This document shows, in pieces, positions 16,943-24,991 of a stretch of 30,672 nt of DNA (its first letter is position 1; each line of letters opens with the position of its first letter). The position numbers and the translations under genes are program-made. The notes beneath the pieces are model-generated. The model was not told the DNA's origin and searched no databases. It saw only the letters and a program-made list of their open reading frames with translations. This DNA is from Elusimicrobiota bacterium. GTDB taxonomy: Bacteria > Elusimicrobiota > Elusimicrobia > UBA1565 > UBA9628. The stretch is taken from NCBI GenBank assembly GCA_027319565.1, contig DAHVNA010000027.1, positions 1-30,672 on the forward strand. The letters run 5' to 3'.

Positions 16943-18780
16943 GCCTTTTCTTCCGCCTTGGTATAGGCTTGGTCTGGATGGTTGGGAGATTCAGGATAGA
17001 GAAGCCGAAGGCTTCCTTCGCGCACCATCGGCGTCAAATACGCATTTCTCAGATTCTGAGGATTTCGCTTTAAAAAACGCGAGAGAGATTCAAGAGTAAG
17101 AAAGCGCCCTTGGCAAAGTTGTTTCAACACAGCCGTCATTTCTTTGGCTGATACCTTTTTCTTTGAGGCAACTGGGGCCGCTAATTCCCGCAGGGCGATA
17201 TCCTCCGCCAAACCTGAGGAGTCGGCTGCCAAACCTGAGGAGTCGGCTGCCAAACCTGAGGAGTCATCTCCAGAACCGGATGAGCCTACAGGTGAAGGGA
17301 GATGATAACGAGTCCAGCGGCGCCGATTATCGGATTCCAATAGACCCTGCTCGCGGAGTTCAAACAACATTCGAGAAATATCCGCAGGATGATCGCTCAA
17401 AAGCTCCTGTAAACGCGTGTTTGAAACTTCCCCCTCTATTTCCGCGGTCGCCATGGCCTGTATTTGGGAAGCCGTTAAGTGATCAAGACGGGATCCGAAA
17501 AGCTTGCGCAAATGCTCAAGAGTCGTATCAGGTATTAAGCTGACCATGGGAAGAATTATTTTGACCCGATCAGGATTTATTTGAAACCCTATGAGGGGAA
17601 GCCTCCATTGGCGGCTTTTCCAACCGGCGCGAATCTTGTCCACTCCCGAGCCCGCTTGTTCGCCGCCTCCAATCATAAGAAACATTTTTTGTAAGGCCTT
17701 GTTGCGGCATTCGCTGACTCCGCCACGACGGAATTGCTCTAATGACACCAACAAAGTTCCCGGATTTTCTAAAATAAATTTATCCGGATAGCGCTCAAAA
17801 ACGATCCCGCCGGGCGCCGAATAGTCGGCATGGATAAGAGAGTTCACGAAGGCCTCGCGCAAAGCCTCATGCGCTGGGGTTTCATCCCGGCGCATGCCGC
17901 CCTCAATTTGAAAAGGCGCGGGAAGTCCCGCGGAAAGTTTAGGCCAAACGCGCAAGTAAAATTGAAACACATTAGCTTCCCAGGTTCCATCCGGATAAAC
18001 CCTGTCGGTCCAGCGCGTTTTAGGATCCAACTTTTCTCGATAATCAACGAAATAATTCGGCGCCGCCTCCGGATCCCGAATAGCTTTGTCTTTTCCAAAC
18101 ATCAAGAGTCCGGCCAGAGTCAGGCCTTCCGCGCCGCTGACGCGATCCTTTCTCCAGCCGCCCAAGCGCTCCAGTAATTCTTTGTCTGGAAGAGAAAGCC
18201 ATGCGTGTTCGCCCTTTGAAGAAAGAAAGCGTTGGCGATATTGAGTCAAACTGGCCAGATCAATATCTTCAAGCGAAAATCCTTTGAGAATTCGATGGTC
18301 CGCGGGCGTCGGATCGGCGTCAGCCAGCATACGGCGAACTTCATCGTCCGCGCAGCGGTAATCTCCTTCATGATTGCGGCGATAAGAGTTTCCAAAAGGG
18401 GTTGGACCAAGATAAACCGGGCGAATGCCGCGCTCCGCACGCGGAACACGGATGGAGAGAAGTCCGGAACCCTCTAGAGGCACGACTTGAACATCCGCGT
18501 TCGCCAACAAGCAACGGCTCACTTTCTGCCGGTTGTTGAGGCCATCCCAGAGAATTTTTTGATACCCCTGCAACTGAGGCTCGGTCAGGCCATCCAAGCG
18601 AACTTCATCGCCGTCTTGGCGCGCCCCTAAAACAATAATCCCGCCTTCGCTATTGGCGAAAGCGCTATAGGTCTCCCAAAAACTTCCTGGAAATCCGCCA
18701 CGCGCGGATTTAAACTCCCAGTCGGTGTTTTCGCCTACGCCGGCCGCCTCTAAAATACGGTTGAGCAAATCCGCGTTCAT
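16939..18780 (-). CDS. AlbA_2 (Schlafen-like) + HATPase_c_4 + winged-helix protein
   Basis: GE..DWEFKSA, YSAFANSEGG.IVLG, TLAGLLMFG, ALREA.VNSLIHADY, ENPG, RN..L..MF, EQAGSG; C-terminal YP..PNHPDQAY. Confidence 0.88.
   Translation of the reverse strand: MNADLLNRILEAAGVGENTDWEFKSARGGFPGSFWETYSAFANSEGGIIVLGARQDGDEVRLDGLTEPQLQGYQKILWDGLNNRQKVSRCLLANADVQVVPLEGSGLLSIRVPRAERGIRPVYLGPTPFGNSYRRNHEGDYRCADDEVRRMLADADPTPADHRILKGFSLEDIDLASLTQYRQRFLSSKGEHAWLSLPDKELLERLGGWRKDRVSGAEGLTLAGLLMFGKDKAIRDPEAAPNYFVDYREKLDPKTRWTDRVYPDGTWEANVFQFYLRVWPKLSAGLPAPFQIEGGMRRDETPAHEALREAFVNSLIHADYSAPGGIVFERYPDKFILENPGTLLVSLEQFRRGGVSECRNKALQKMFLMIGGGEQAGSGVDKIRAGWKSRQWRLPLIGFQINPDRVKIILPMVSLIPDTTLEHLRKLFGSRLDHLTASQIQAMATAEIEGEVSNTRLQELLSDHPADISRMLFELREQGLLESDNRRRWTRYHLPSPVGSSGSGDDSSGLAADSSGLAADSSGLAEDIALRELAAPVASKKKVSAKEMTAVLKQLCQGRFLTLESLSRFLKRNPQNLRNAYLTPMVREGSLRLLYPESPNHPDQAYTKAEEKA
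17207..17269. repeat. In-frame 21-bp tandem repeat x3 encoding (A/D)DSSGLA
   Basis: GCCAAACCTGAGGAGTCGGCT x2 followed by GCCAAACCTGAGGAGTCATCT. Confidence 0.95.
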
Positions 18781-18782
18781 TT

Positions 18783-20723
18783 CTAAATGGTCTTAAAGCT
18801 CGCGATGCCCTTGGTTTTGAATGTTTGGACGGCGTTTGTCTTGAGCTGGTCGTTTCCCTCAAAACCCTCATCCAAACAAACCACGCGCTCGGGTTTTTTA
18901 TCGGCTATCGCGCGGATGAGTTCAAGCGTCAGCTTCCGTTCAAGGCAAATCAGAAAAGCGCCGCCGGCCACGGCGAAAACCGTAAAACCCGCAAGGCGGA
19001 TTTTTTCAATCGGAGCGGTAAGAGGATATCCGTCTTTGAGCAGAATTTCATAGAGGATGTCATCCGGCGTCCGCCCCGGTCGCAGATGATCGATATGCAG
19101 TTCGAGCTGTTTTTCCAGAGTTTTTGAATCGTGGGAGACGTCGGCATTCCAGGTTTTGAAATTCGACTCGGCCAATTTGAAAACGCGAAAGCCGCGATCT
19201 TGCTTTTTTTCGCCGTTGAGGCCGAGTTTGCCGGAATCGTCATCGTTTAATTTCTTGATCACCCGCCGCACGCGCTCTTTAGTGATATCGGCGATGGTCT
19301 TGAGCCCCGCCTTATAGGCCGCGCTCTCGGGATCGCACGGCTCGGGAAGCTGAACCAAAATAAACTTGCGGTTTCCGCCGTCTTGCTTGTTTAAATCAAG
19401 CACGGCATGGGCAGTAGTTCCGGAACCTGCGAAGAAATCGAGAATAATGTCATCGGTTGAAGTTGTTCCAAGATTCAAAAGTGGTTTCAAAAGCCCAGTT
19501 GGCTTGGGAAAAGAAAATATGTGCGCATCATTAAATATCTCAAGAAATTCATTTGTCCCATGCTGTGTATAAGCGTTATCGATAATTGAGAATGCTTTGC
19601 TTTCCCGCAAATTACCTTTTTCATCCTTCAAGTATTGCTTAGTATGCACGGACCAACTATTATCCTTATTGTATAGGAACTCCAGTTCGTTATTTTTTAA
19701 GGCTTCGGCAACACGATCTTTGGACCAAAGCCACTGACGCTTTGGCATTACTTGCTTGCCATCAGGGGCCAAAATAGGAAACACTAGGTTCTTTCTCTCG
19801 CCCATACTTTTAGTTGCTTCAAGAGGATGAGTTCGGTATGGACCACGTTTTTCAAAGTTGTTGTCTTTTAGTTTGTAATAGTGTTCGATAGATTCTTGTT
19901 TTTGCGGAACAAACAGTGGCTCAATGCTTTCAATGTCACGAGCATAACAGAGGATATATTCATGTATAGAAACCAAGTGTTTTTCTTTAGCACCTCCCCC
20001 ATATCTTTTTTTCCAGATGATATTCTCAAGGAAATTCTCTTCACCAAAAATATCATCGCAAACCTTCTTGAGGTTATCGAATTCAAAATCGTCGATACTG
20101 ATAAATATCAAACCATCCTCTCGCAATAAATTCCTCGCCAGATAGAGGCGCGGGTACATCATATTGAGCCATTTGGAATGAAAACGGCCATCGGTGTCGG
20201 TGTTGGTTCCGAATTTCCGGCCTTCGGCGTCCGCTTGGCCGGTGTATTCGAGATAGGTCTGCAAACTTTCTGAGAAATTATCGGGATAGATAAAATCGTT
20301 GCCCGTGTTGTAGGGCGGGTCGATATAGATCATCTTGATTTTGCCGAGATAGGACTTTTGCAAAAGCTTGAGCGCTTCAAGATTGTCGCCTTCGATGATG
20401 AGATTTTCAGTCGCGTCGAAATTGACGCTTTCCTTTGGAGCGGGAAGTAAAGCGCCGAGGCTCGGCTTTTGGATGGTCTTAAAGCAATCGGCCTTGCCCG
20501 GCCAATTCATGCCGTAGCGCTCCTTGCCCGCGTCCACGGTTTCCCCCAACGCGCGCTTAAGCCGATCAAAATCAATTTTCCCGCCTTCGGTGCGCGCCTC
20601 GGGAAAAAGCCGGGCGAGTTCCCGGCGTTTCTCTTCGGCGATGTCTTTTGACCGTAAATCCAATTTCTCCGGCTGTTCAGCCGTGGCGCGCGCTTTTTTT
20701 GCCATTTCCTTATCGGTCGTCAT
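18783..20723 (-). CDS. mod: Type III R-M methyltransferase Mod (beta-class amino-MTase)
   Basis: IEGDNLEALKLL, IYIDPPYNTG, HSKWLNMMYPRL, FPKP, ILDFFAGSGTT. Confidence 0.95.
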   Translation of the reverse strand: MTTDKEMAKKARATAEQPEKLDLRSKDIAEEKRRELARLFPEARTEGGKIDFDRLKRALGETVDAGKERYGMNWPGKADCFKTIQKPSLGALLPAPKESVNFDATENLIIEGDNLEALKLLQKSYLGKIKMIYIDPPYNTGNDFIYPDNFSESLQTYLEYTGQADAEGRKFGTNTDTDGRFHSKWLNMMYPRLYLARNLLREDGLIFISIDDFEFDNLKKVCDDIFGEENFLENIIWKKRYGGGAKEKHLVSIHEYILCYARDIESIEPLFVPQKQESIEHYYKLKDNNFEKRGPYRTHPLEATKSMGERKNLVFPILAPDGKQVMPKRQWLWSKDRVAEALKNNELEFLYNKDNSWSVHTKQYLKDEKGNLRESKAFSIIDNAYTQHGTNEFLEIFNDAHIFSFPKPTGLLKPLLNLGTTSTDDIILDFFAGSGTTAHAVLDLNKQDGGNRKFILVQLPEPCDPESAAYKAGLKTIADITKERVRRVIKKLNDDDSGKLGLNGEKKQDRGFRVFKLAESNFKTWNADVSHDSKTLEKQLELHIDHLRPGRTPDDILYEILLKDGYPLTAPIEKIRLAGFTVFAVAGGAFLICLERKLTLELIRAIADKKPERVVCLDEGFEGNDQLKTNAVQTFKTKGIASFKTI

Positions 20724-20797
20724 AATCGTAGTCTATCTTTTTTATTTCAAGGATGAGAAATGCGAATTGAACTCCTATTGTTTTGGAAACGATTTTG

Positions 20798-21140
20798 TTA
20801 CGGTAATTGCGGCTTAATGGGGGCTGGGCTGGGAAATTCAAAAATGCCAGCATCAGGTTTTTTGATTGGAGGAGGAATTAACGGCATTGGTCCCGGCATC
20901 GCAAGTTTTATAAAAGCGCGGTTCAGGTGATTTTCAATGATTTTCGCGGCAGGTGTCATCGTGAAGGTAATCGTTGTCGAATGAAAAACCGACAAAACAA
21001 GATCCTGCAACGTCTTGTCATCTTCCAAAGGCACAATCTTAAAGCCGATGGATTGGCATTGAGCCATATCAAAATGTCTGCTATGACTCATGTGGCGACT
21101 GTGATCCACAAGCTCCACAATCGCTTGGACAACACTCCGC
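20798..21140 (-). pseudogene. C-terminal remnant of an SDH_sah / Clp-fold serine protease
   Basis: IVELVDH...SHSRH..IGFKI..LEDD..LQDLVLSV.H..KIIENH...AFIK resembles the C-terminus of that family as I recall it. An in-frame stop lies 16 codons upstream of 21118 and there is no N-terminal catalytic domain. Confidence 0.6.
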
Positions 21141-21146
21141 AGGCCC

Positions 21147-21191
21147 TTGACAAATTTCCTATTTCATGGTATTTTCCTAAGTAGGAAAATA
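21147..21191 (+). promoter_or_regulatory. Promoter of AbiE-like operon with operator inverted repeat
   Basis: TTGACA 21147-21152, 17 bp, TG-g-TATTTT 21170-21175; perfect IR TATTTTCCTA-ag-TAGGAAAATA at 21170-21191. Confidence 0.8.
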
Positions 21192-21196
21192 TAACT

Positions 21197-22246
21197 ATGC
21201 AGGAAAATAATCTAATCTCTGAAAAGGACATCCTAGACCTGTTGGACGTCCGGAAGGGCCTTTATGCCCCCCTTGCGATTGTCGCGATTGACAGGAAAGT
21301 CGGCAAGGGCCAATCTGATGCCAAGATCACTTTGAGCTTTCGAGGCCGCAAGGTTTCTTTCCTCGCGGAAGTTAAATCCCGCACGGCGCCGAAAATCATT
21401 AGCGAAGGTCTTTGGCGGCTTAAGAACTATCCAAACCGGAGCGAGCGGAATCTTCTCTTAGTCGTCCCCTACCTTTCAAAAACAATTCAGGAACTGCTTA
21501 ATGAGGAAAACATCAGCGGCATTGATTTGAGCGGCAACTACATGATCCAGACCTCTGAGGTGGTCGCCGTGCGACTCGATCAAAAGAATCAATTTCCCGA
21601 GTCTCAGCCGATCAAGAAAATCTTCTCGGGGAACAGTTCGATTGTCGGGAGGCTTTTCCTGACGGCGAGCAAACAATACGAATCGGTTAACGCAGTCAAT
21701 TCCGCCATAAAGGCGTTCGGCGGAAATCTTTCGTTATCCGCCGTTTCTAAGGTTTTGAGCGGTCTTGAAGACGAACTCATCATCGAAAAAAGTCGGGGAA
21801 AGATTTTCCTGCTTCAACCCGAGAAACTGCTACAAAAGCTTCAGGACGATTATCGCCCGCCCAAAGTGACGGCCGAGATACGGCTTCAACTTCCTCTAAA
21901 AGGCCTCAATAGCCTTCAGGATCTCAACAAGGCGTTAGCGCCCTCAACCCGGTGGGTTCTTAGCGGGGAGAGCTCGGTCGAGCGCTATGCCGTCACCACC
22001 CGCGCCGAAATTTCAACCGTTTACGCGACCGCGCTGGGAACATGGAGTCAATATGAGAATGATCGCTTCTATAATGTGATCATGAAGCGAACTTTGGATT
22101 CCTTTCCATACTTCGACGCGCGGGAAAATAATCGCCTGCGCTGGGCTTCCCCCATTCAATGCTATCTCGAGCTTTCCAAGATGGATAAACGCGAAAAGGA
22201 AATCGCGGAAACCGTGCGCGAAGCCATATTGACAAAACTGAAATGA
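21197..22246 (+). CDS. AbiEi-like type IV antitoxin / transcriptional regulator
   Basis: N-terminal D...AEVK segment, IDLSGN, central wHTH (LSLSAVSKVL..LED), LSGE, C-terminal ASPIQCYLEL..R.KE.AE; ATGA overlap with the next gene. Confidence 0.7.
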   Translation: MQENNLISEKDILDLLDVRKGLYAPLAIVAIDRKVGKGQSDAKITLSFRGRKVSFLAEVKSRTAPKIISEGLWRLKNYPNRSERNLLLVVPYLSKTIQELLNEENISGIDLSGNYMIQTSEVVAVRLDQKNQFPESQPIKKIFSGNSSIVGRLFLTASKQYESVNAVNSAIKAFGGNLSLSAVSKVLSGLEDELIIEKSRGKIFLLQPEKLLQKLQDDYRPPKVTAEIRLQLPLKGLNSLQDLNKALAPSTRWVLSGESSVERYAVTTRAEISTVYATALGTWSQYENDRFYNVIMKRTLDSFPYFDARENNRLRWASPIQCYLELSKMDKREKEIAETVREAILTKLK

Positions 22247-23124
22247 CGCCTGACGACAACGACCCGTTGCTACGCCAGCTTCTTGAGATTGTCCGTGAGC
22301 TGGACGCGGAGAATATTCCCATTATTCTCGGCGGCGGAATGAACCGTTATCTGAGCCAGAAGTATATGAGTAGCCGGATGCCGCGCTATCCTTTCGATCT
22401 GGCGACGCGCTCCACCAATGACCTGGACATTTTCCTTTCCTCGGGGCTCATTGTAGATGCGGGCAGAATGGAAAGGCTGCGTCTAGTGATTGAGCGCCTG
22501 CACTATAAGGTTATCCCCAAAGCCAAGAACTTTCAATTTGCAAAGGAAGTGGACCTCTACGGACAAAAGCAAACGGTTAAGATCGACCTCTTGGCCGCGC
22601 CGCCGCAGGATGCGGATAGGGCCAAGGTCGATATCAGTAAGCCCCGCATTAAGCCTAAGGGCGCCAAGGACATCCACGCTTATTTGACCGATGAGGCGAA
22701 AGGCATTGAAATCGGCAAGCTGGCCGTGGATATCGGACTTTTGGACCCGGAGTTGAAACTCAAGCACGAGATTTTATTTCTGCCTTCGGCCTTCAATACC
22801 TTGATTCTCAAGCTCCACGCCTTCGCGGATCGCAAGGACAGAGAGGACAGCGATTTCGGTCGGCATCATGCCTTGGATATCTTCGCGACCGTGGCTAGAA
22901 TGAACGAGAGGGACTGGAAAATCGCCCAAGGGCACCTTGCTTCGCATCGAGGCCAAGATTATCTGACCGAGGCCCTTCGCATCCGAAAGGAAAACTTCTC
23001 CCAGCGGTCCGACATTGGATCAATTCGTCTCCAGGAAAACGAATCCTACCAACAGAATCGACGAATCTACGATCAATATTTAGAGTTTTTTATTAAAGAC
23101 CTGGTCGATCTTTTCCCGGATTAA
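22243..23124 (+). CDS. AbiEii-like nucleotidyltransferase toxin
   Basis: ILGGG, RSTNDLDIF (DxD), KIDLL, LILKLHA..D pol-beta-superfamily motifs. Confidence 0.72.
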   Translation: MTPDDNDPLLRQLLEIVRELDAENIPIILGGGMNRYLSQKYMSSRMPRYPFDLATRSTNDLDIFLSSGLIVDAGRMERLRLVIERLHYKVIPKAKNFQFAKEVDLYGQKQTVKIDLLAAPPQDADRAKVDISKPRIKPKGAKDIHAYLTDEAKGIEIGKLAVDIGLLDPELKLKHEILFLPSAFNTLILKLHAFADRKDREDSDFGRHHALDIFATVARMNERDWKIAQGHLASHRGQDYLTEALRIRKENFSQRSDIGSIRLQENESYQQNRRIYDQYLEFFIKDLVDLFPD

Positions 23125-23192
23125 ACTGGATATTGTCGTGCGGTACGCACAACCTTTCCGGCTATGGCAGGCTGTGGCAATAGGAACTAAAT

Positions 23193-23225
23193 TTGGTGTC
23201 CAAAAAGTGTCCATACTGGGTCAAA
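23193..23225. repeat. Putative integrase arm-type binding array (right)
   Basis: TTGGTGTCCAAAAAGTGTCCATACTGGGTCAAA, same orientation as 4734-4766. Confidence 0.75.
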
Positions 23226-23344
23226 AACGGCAAAACAGAAAAAAAGCCCGTCAAAATGGAGTAACGCGGTTTCTCGACGAGAAATCAAGCTAAAACAAGG
23301 AAAACAGAGGTGGGTCAAAATCCAGAGAAAAGGCCTTTTTCCCA

Positions 23345-23383
23345 TTGCGAACGAGGCGCTCTCCCAGCTGAGCTACACGCCCA
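23345..23383 (-). repeat. att site, distal: displaced 5' half (nt -1 to 38) of tRNA-Ala
   Basis: Identical to 4642-4680. Minus-strand TATAAT at 23397-23392 lies 9 nt upstream of the tRNA G1 equivalent. Confidence 0.95.
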
Positions 23384-23424
23384 TTATCGTGATTATACAA
23401 TACTTTTTTGACTATCCTGGCCGC

Positions 23425-23916
23425 TTATCTTCCTTCGGTATCGATGTTCCCAATGTCGGAATTCCCGATATCGGAGTTTGTATTCATGTTGGAGTTGAGT
23501 TGATTAAGATCATTGAGATCGGAATTGATTTGATTGGAATAATCGTCCTCAAAGTTTTTAAGGTCGGGACCGCTGTTGCCTGAACCGACCGGGGTTTCCG
23601 CGTCTGAATTCCTGCCACGCACTTGCAAGGCCGCTTGAGAAACGCGCTCCTCTGAATCTATCAGGGATTCTATCTGCTTTTTTAAAGTAGGAGAGACTGG
23701 GAACGGAGGATTTGGAATCTCTATCTTCTTGGCGACAGTTCCGGAAGAAACCGCATCCAAGTTATCACCCGAGGAATCGGGAGAACTCTTTTGAGAGAAG
23801 GCCGCAATTCTTCGAGCAGGGGAAAGCGCCACCGGAGAAGATTTGCGCGAGTAAAACAAATAGATCGCGACCCATAGAGTGGCCATCACGATCCAAAATT
23901 GGTAGTTTTTCTTCAT
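23425..23916 (-). CDS. Hypothetical N-terminally membrane-anchored protein
   Basis: MKK followed by hydrophobic FWIVMATLWVAIYLFY; Ser-rich middle and Asn/Asp-rich tail. Confidence 0.65.
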   Translation of the reverse strand: MKKNYQFWIVMATLWVAIYLFYSRKSSPVALSPARRIAAFSQKSSPDSSGDNLDAVSSGTVAKKIEIPNPPFPVSPTLKKQIESLIDSEERVSQAALQVRGRNSDAETPVGSGNSGPDLKNFEDDYSNQINSDLNDLNQLNSNMNTNSDIGNSDIGNIDTEGR

Positions 23917-23988
23917 TGTTTTCTCATTATATGCAAAATCCTAACAATAAATCATATGATATGAGTAATATCGGAGGCAAAGAGGAAA

Positions 23989-24969
23989 ATGAAAAAAAAT
24001 AAGATCTTTATCGCTGTTGTTCTATCGCTTTTATTCTCAACTCGCTTAGCTCTCGCGGCTCCTTACGGGGAATACCGCATCACGCCGCGGCGGTTTGAAA
24101 ACTTCACCGTTCTCAGCGGAAAATCGGGAAAAGTCCTCAGATACTACGGCGGCCCCGTGATTTCGCACGTCAAGGTTTTTATTGTGTTTTGGGGAAATCA
24201 AGTGGGCACCGAGCTTGAGACAAAGCTCGCGCCTTTTTACCGCTCGACTCTCGACAGCCAATACATGGACGTTCTTGCCCAATATAAAACGGATATTCCA
24301 GCCGTGGACGGACGGAAAGGAACCGGACAAACCATCGGCCACGGCCGCTTAATCGGACAGAAAATGATTGAACCGCGTAATCAAGCGCCAACTCTGACCG
24401 ATGGAATGATCCAAAAAGAACTTTCCGCTCAAATCGCCGCGGGAGTTTTGCCCTCTCCGGATGCCAACACCCTTTACATGATCTATTTCCCGCTCGGAAT
24501 CCGCATTGAGGGGCCGGGCGGATCGGGAAACTCCTGCGAAACCTTTGACGCCTACCACGACGGATTTAAAAGCTCCCAAGGCGACTCAATTTTCTACGGC
24601 GTCATGCCCGATTGCGGATTGGATTTTGCCGCCGCGACAGAAGTGTCTTCGCATGAGACAATTGAGGCCGTCACCGATCCCTTTCCGACGCCGGGAAATC
24701 ATCCCGCGTATCCGCAGGCTTGGAATTCAATTAAGGGAGATGAAGTCGCCGATTTATGCCAGATGCGGTCGCCGTCTTACGTCTCGGGAAGCGTCACAAG
24801 CGTAGTGGCAAGACCGTGGGACAATTCCACCAATGCTTGCGCCAAGGGGCCCTGGACGAATGAAACGTCTTTGCGCGCCGCCCTTTCAAGCGGGGTTCAC
24901 GCGAACACTCTCCCAATCCTGCATACCTTGTCTTCGCTTAATCCAAACGCTCTCTGGATGGAGCGATAG
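23989..24969 (+). CDS. Secreted protein, Phi-1/EXORDIUM-like
   Basis: Signal peptide (ALA-A), YYGGPVI...V..VFWG, AYH, SHETIEAVTDP, W....EVADLC; SD GAGG. Confidence 0.65.
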   Translation: MKKNKIFIAVVLSLLFSTRLALAAPYGEYRITPRRFENFTVLSGKSGKVLRYYGGPVISHVKVFIVFWGNQVGTELETKLAPFYRSTLDSQYMDVLAQYKTDIPAVDGRKGTGQTIGHGRLIGQKMIEPRNQAPTLTDGMIQKELSAQIAAGVLPSPDANTLYMIYFPLGIRIEGPGGSGNSCETFDAYHDGFKSSQGDSIFYGVMPDCGLDFAAATEVSSHETIEAVTDPFPTPGNHPAYPQAWNSIKGDEVADLCQMRSPSYVSGSVTSVVARPWDNSTNACAKGPWTNETSLRAALSSGVHANTLPILHTLSSLNPNALWMER

Positions 24970-24991
24970 GAATAGAAAAGCCGCTTAATAT

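Larger units (their letters stand above)
4642..23383. mobile_element. tRNA-Ala-integrated element (IME/genomic island) carrying defence cargo, ~18.7 kb
   Basis: 39-bp perfect direct repeats at 4642-4680 and 23345-23383, adjacent integrase and excisionase, paired arm-like repeats at both ends, defence gene content. Confidence 0.95.

Noticed and set aside
18783..20723. Phase-variable mod (phasevarion)
   Set aside because: No simple sequence repeat tract seen in or upstream of mod.
4642..23383. Prophage or self-transmissible ICE
   Set aside because: No structural, lysis, terminase or T4SS genes.
23345..23383. Second tRNA gene
   Set aside because: Only nt 1-38 are present; no 3' anticodon stem, T arm or acceptor 3' strand.
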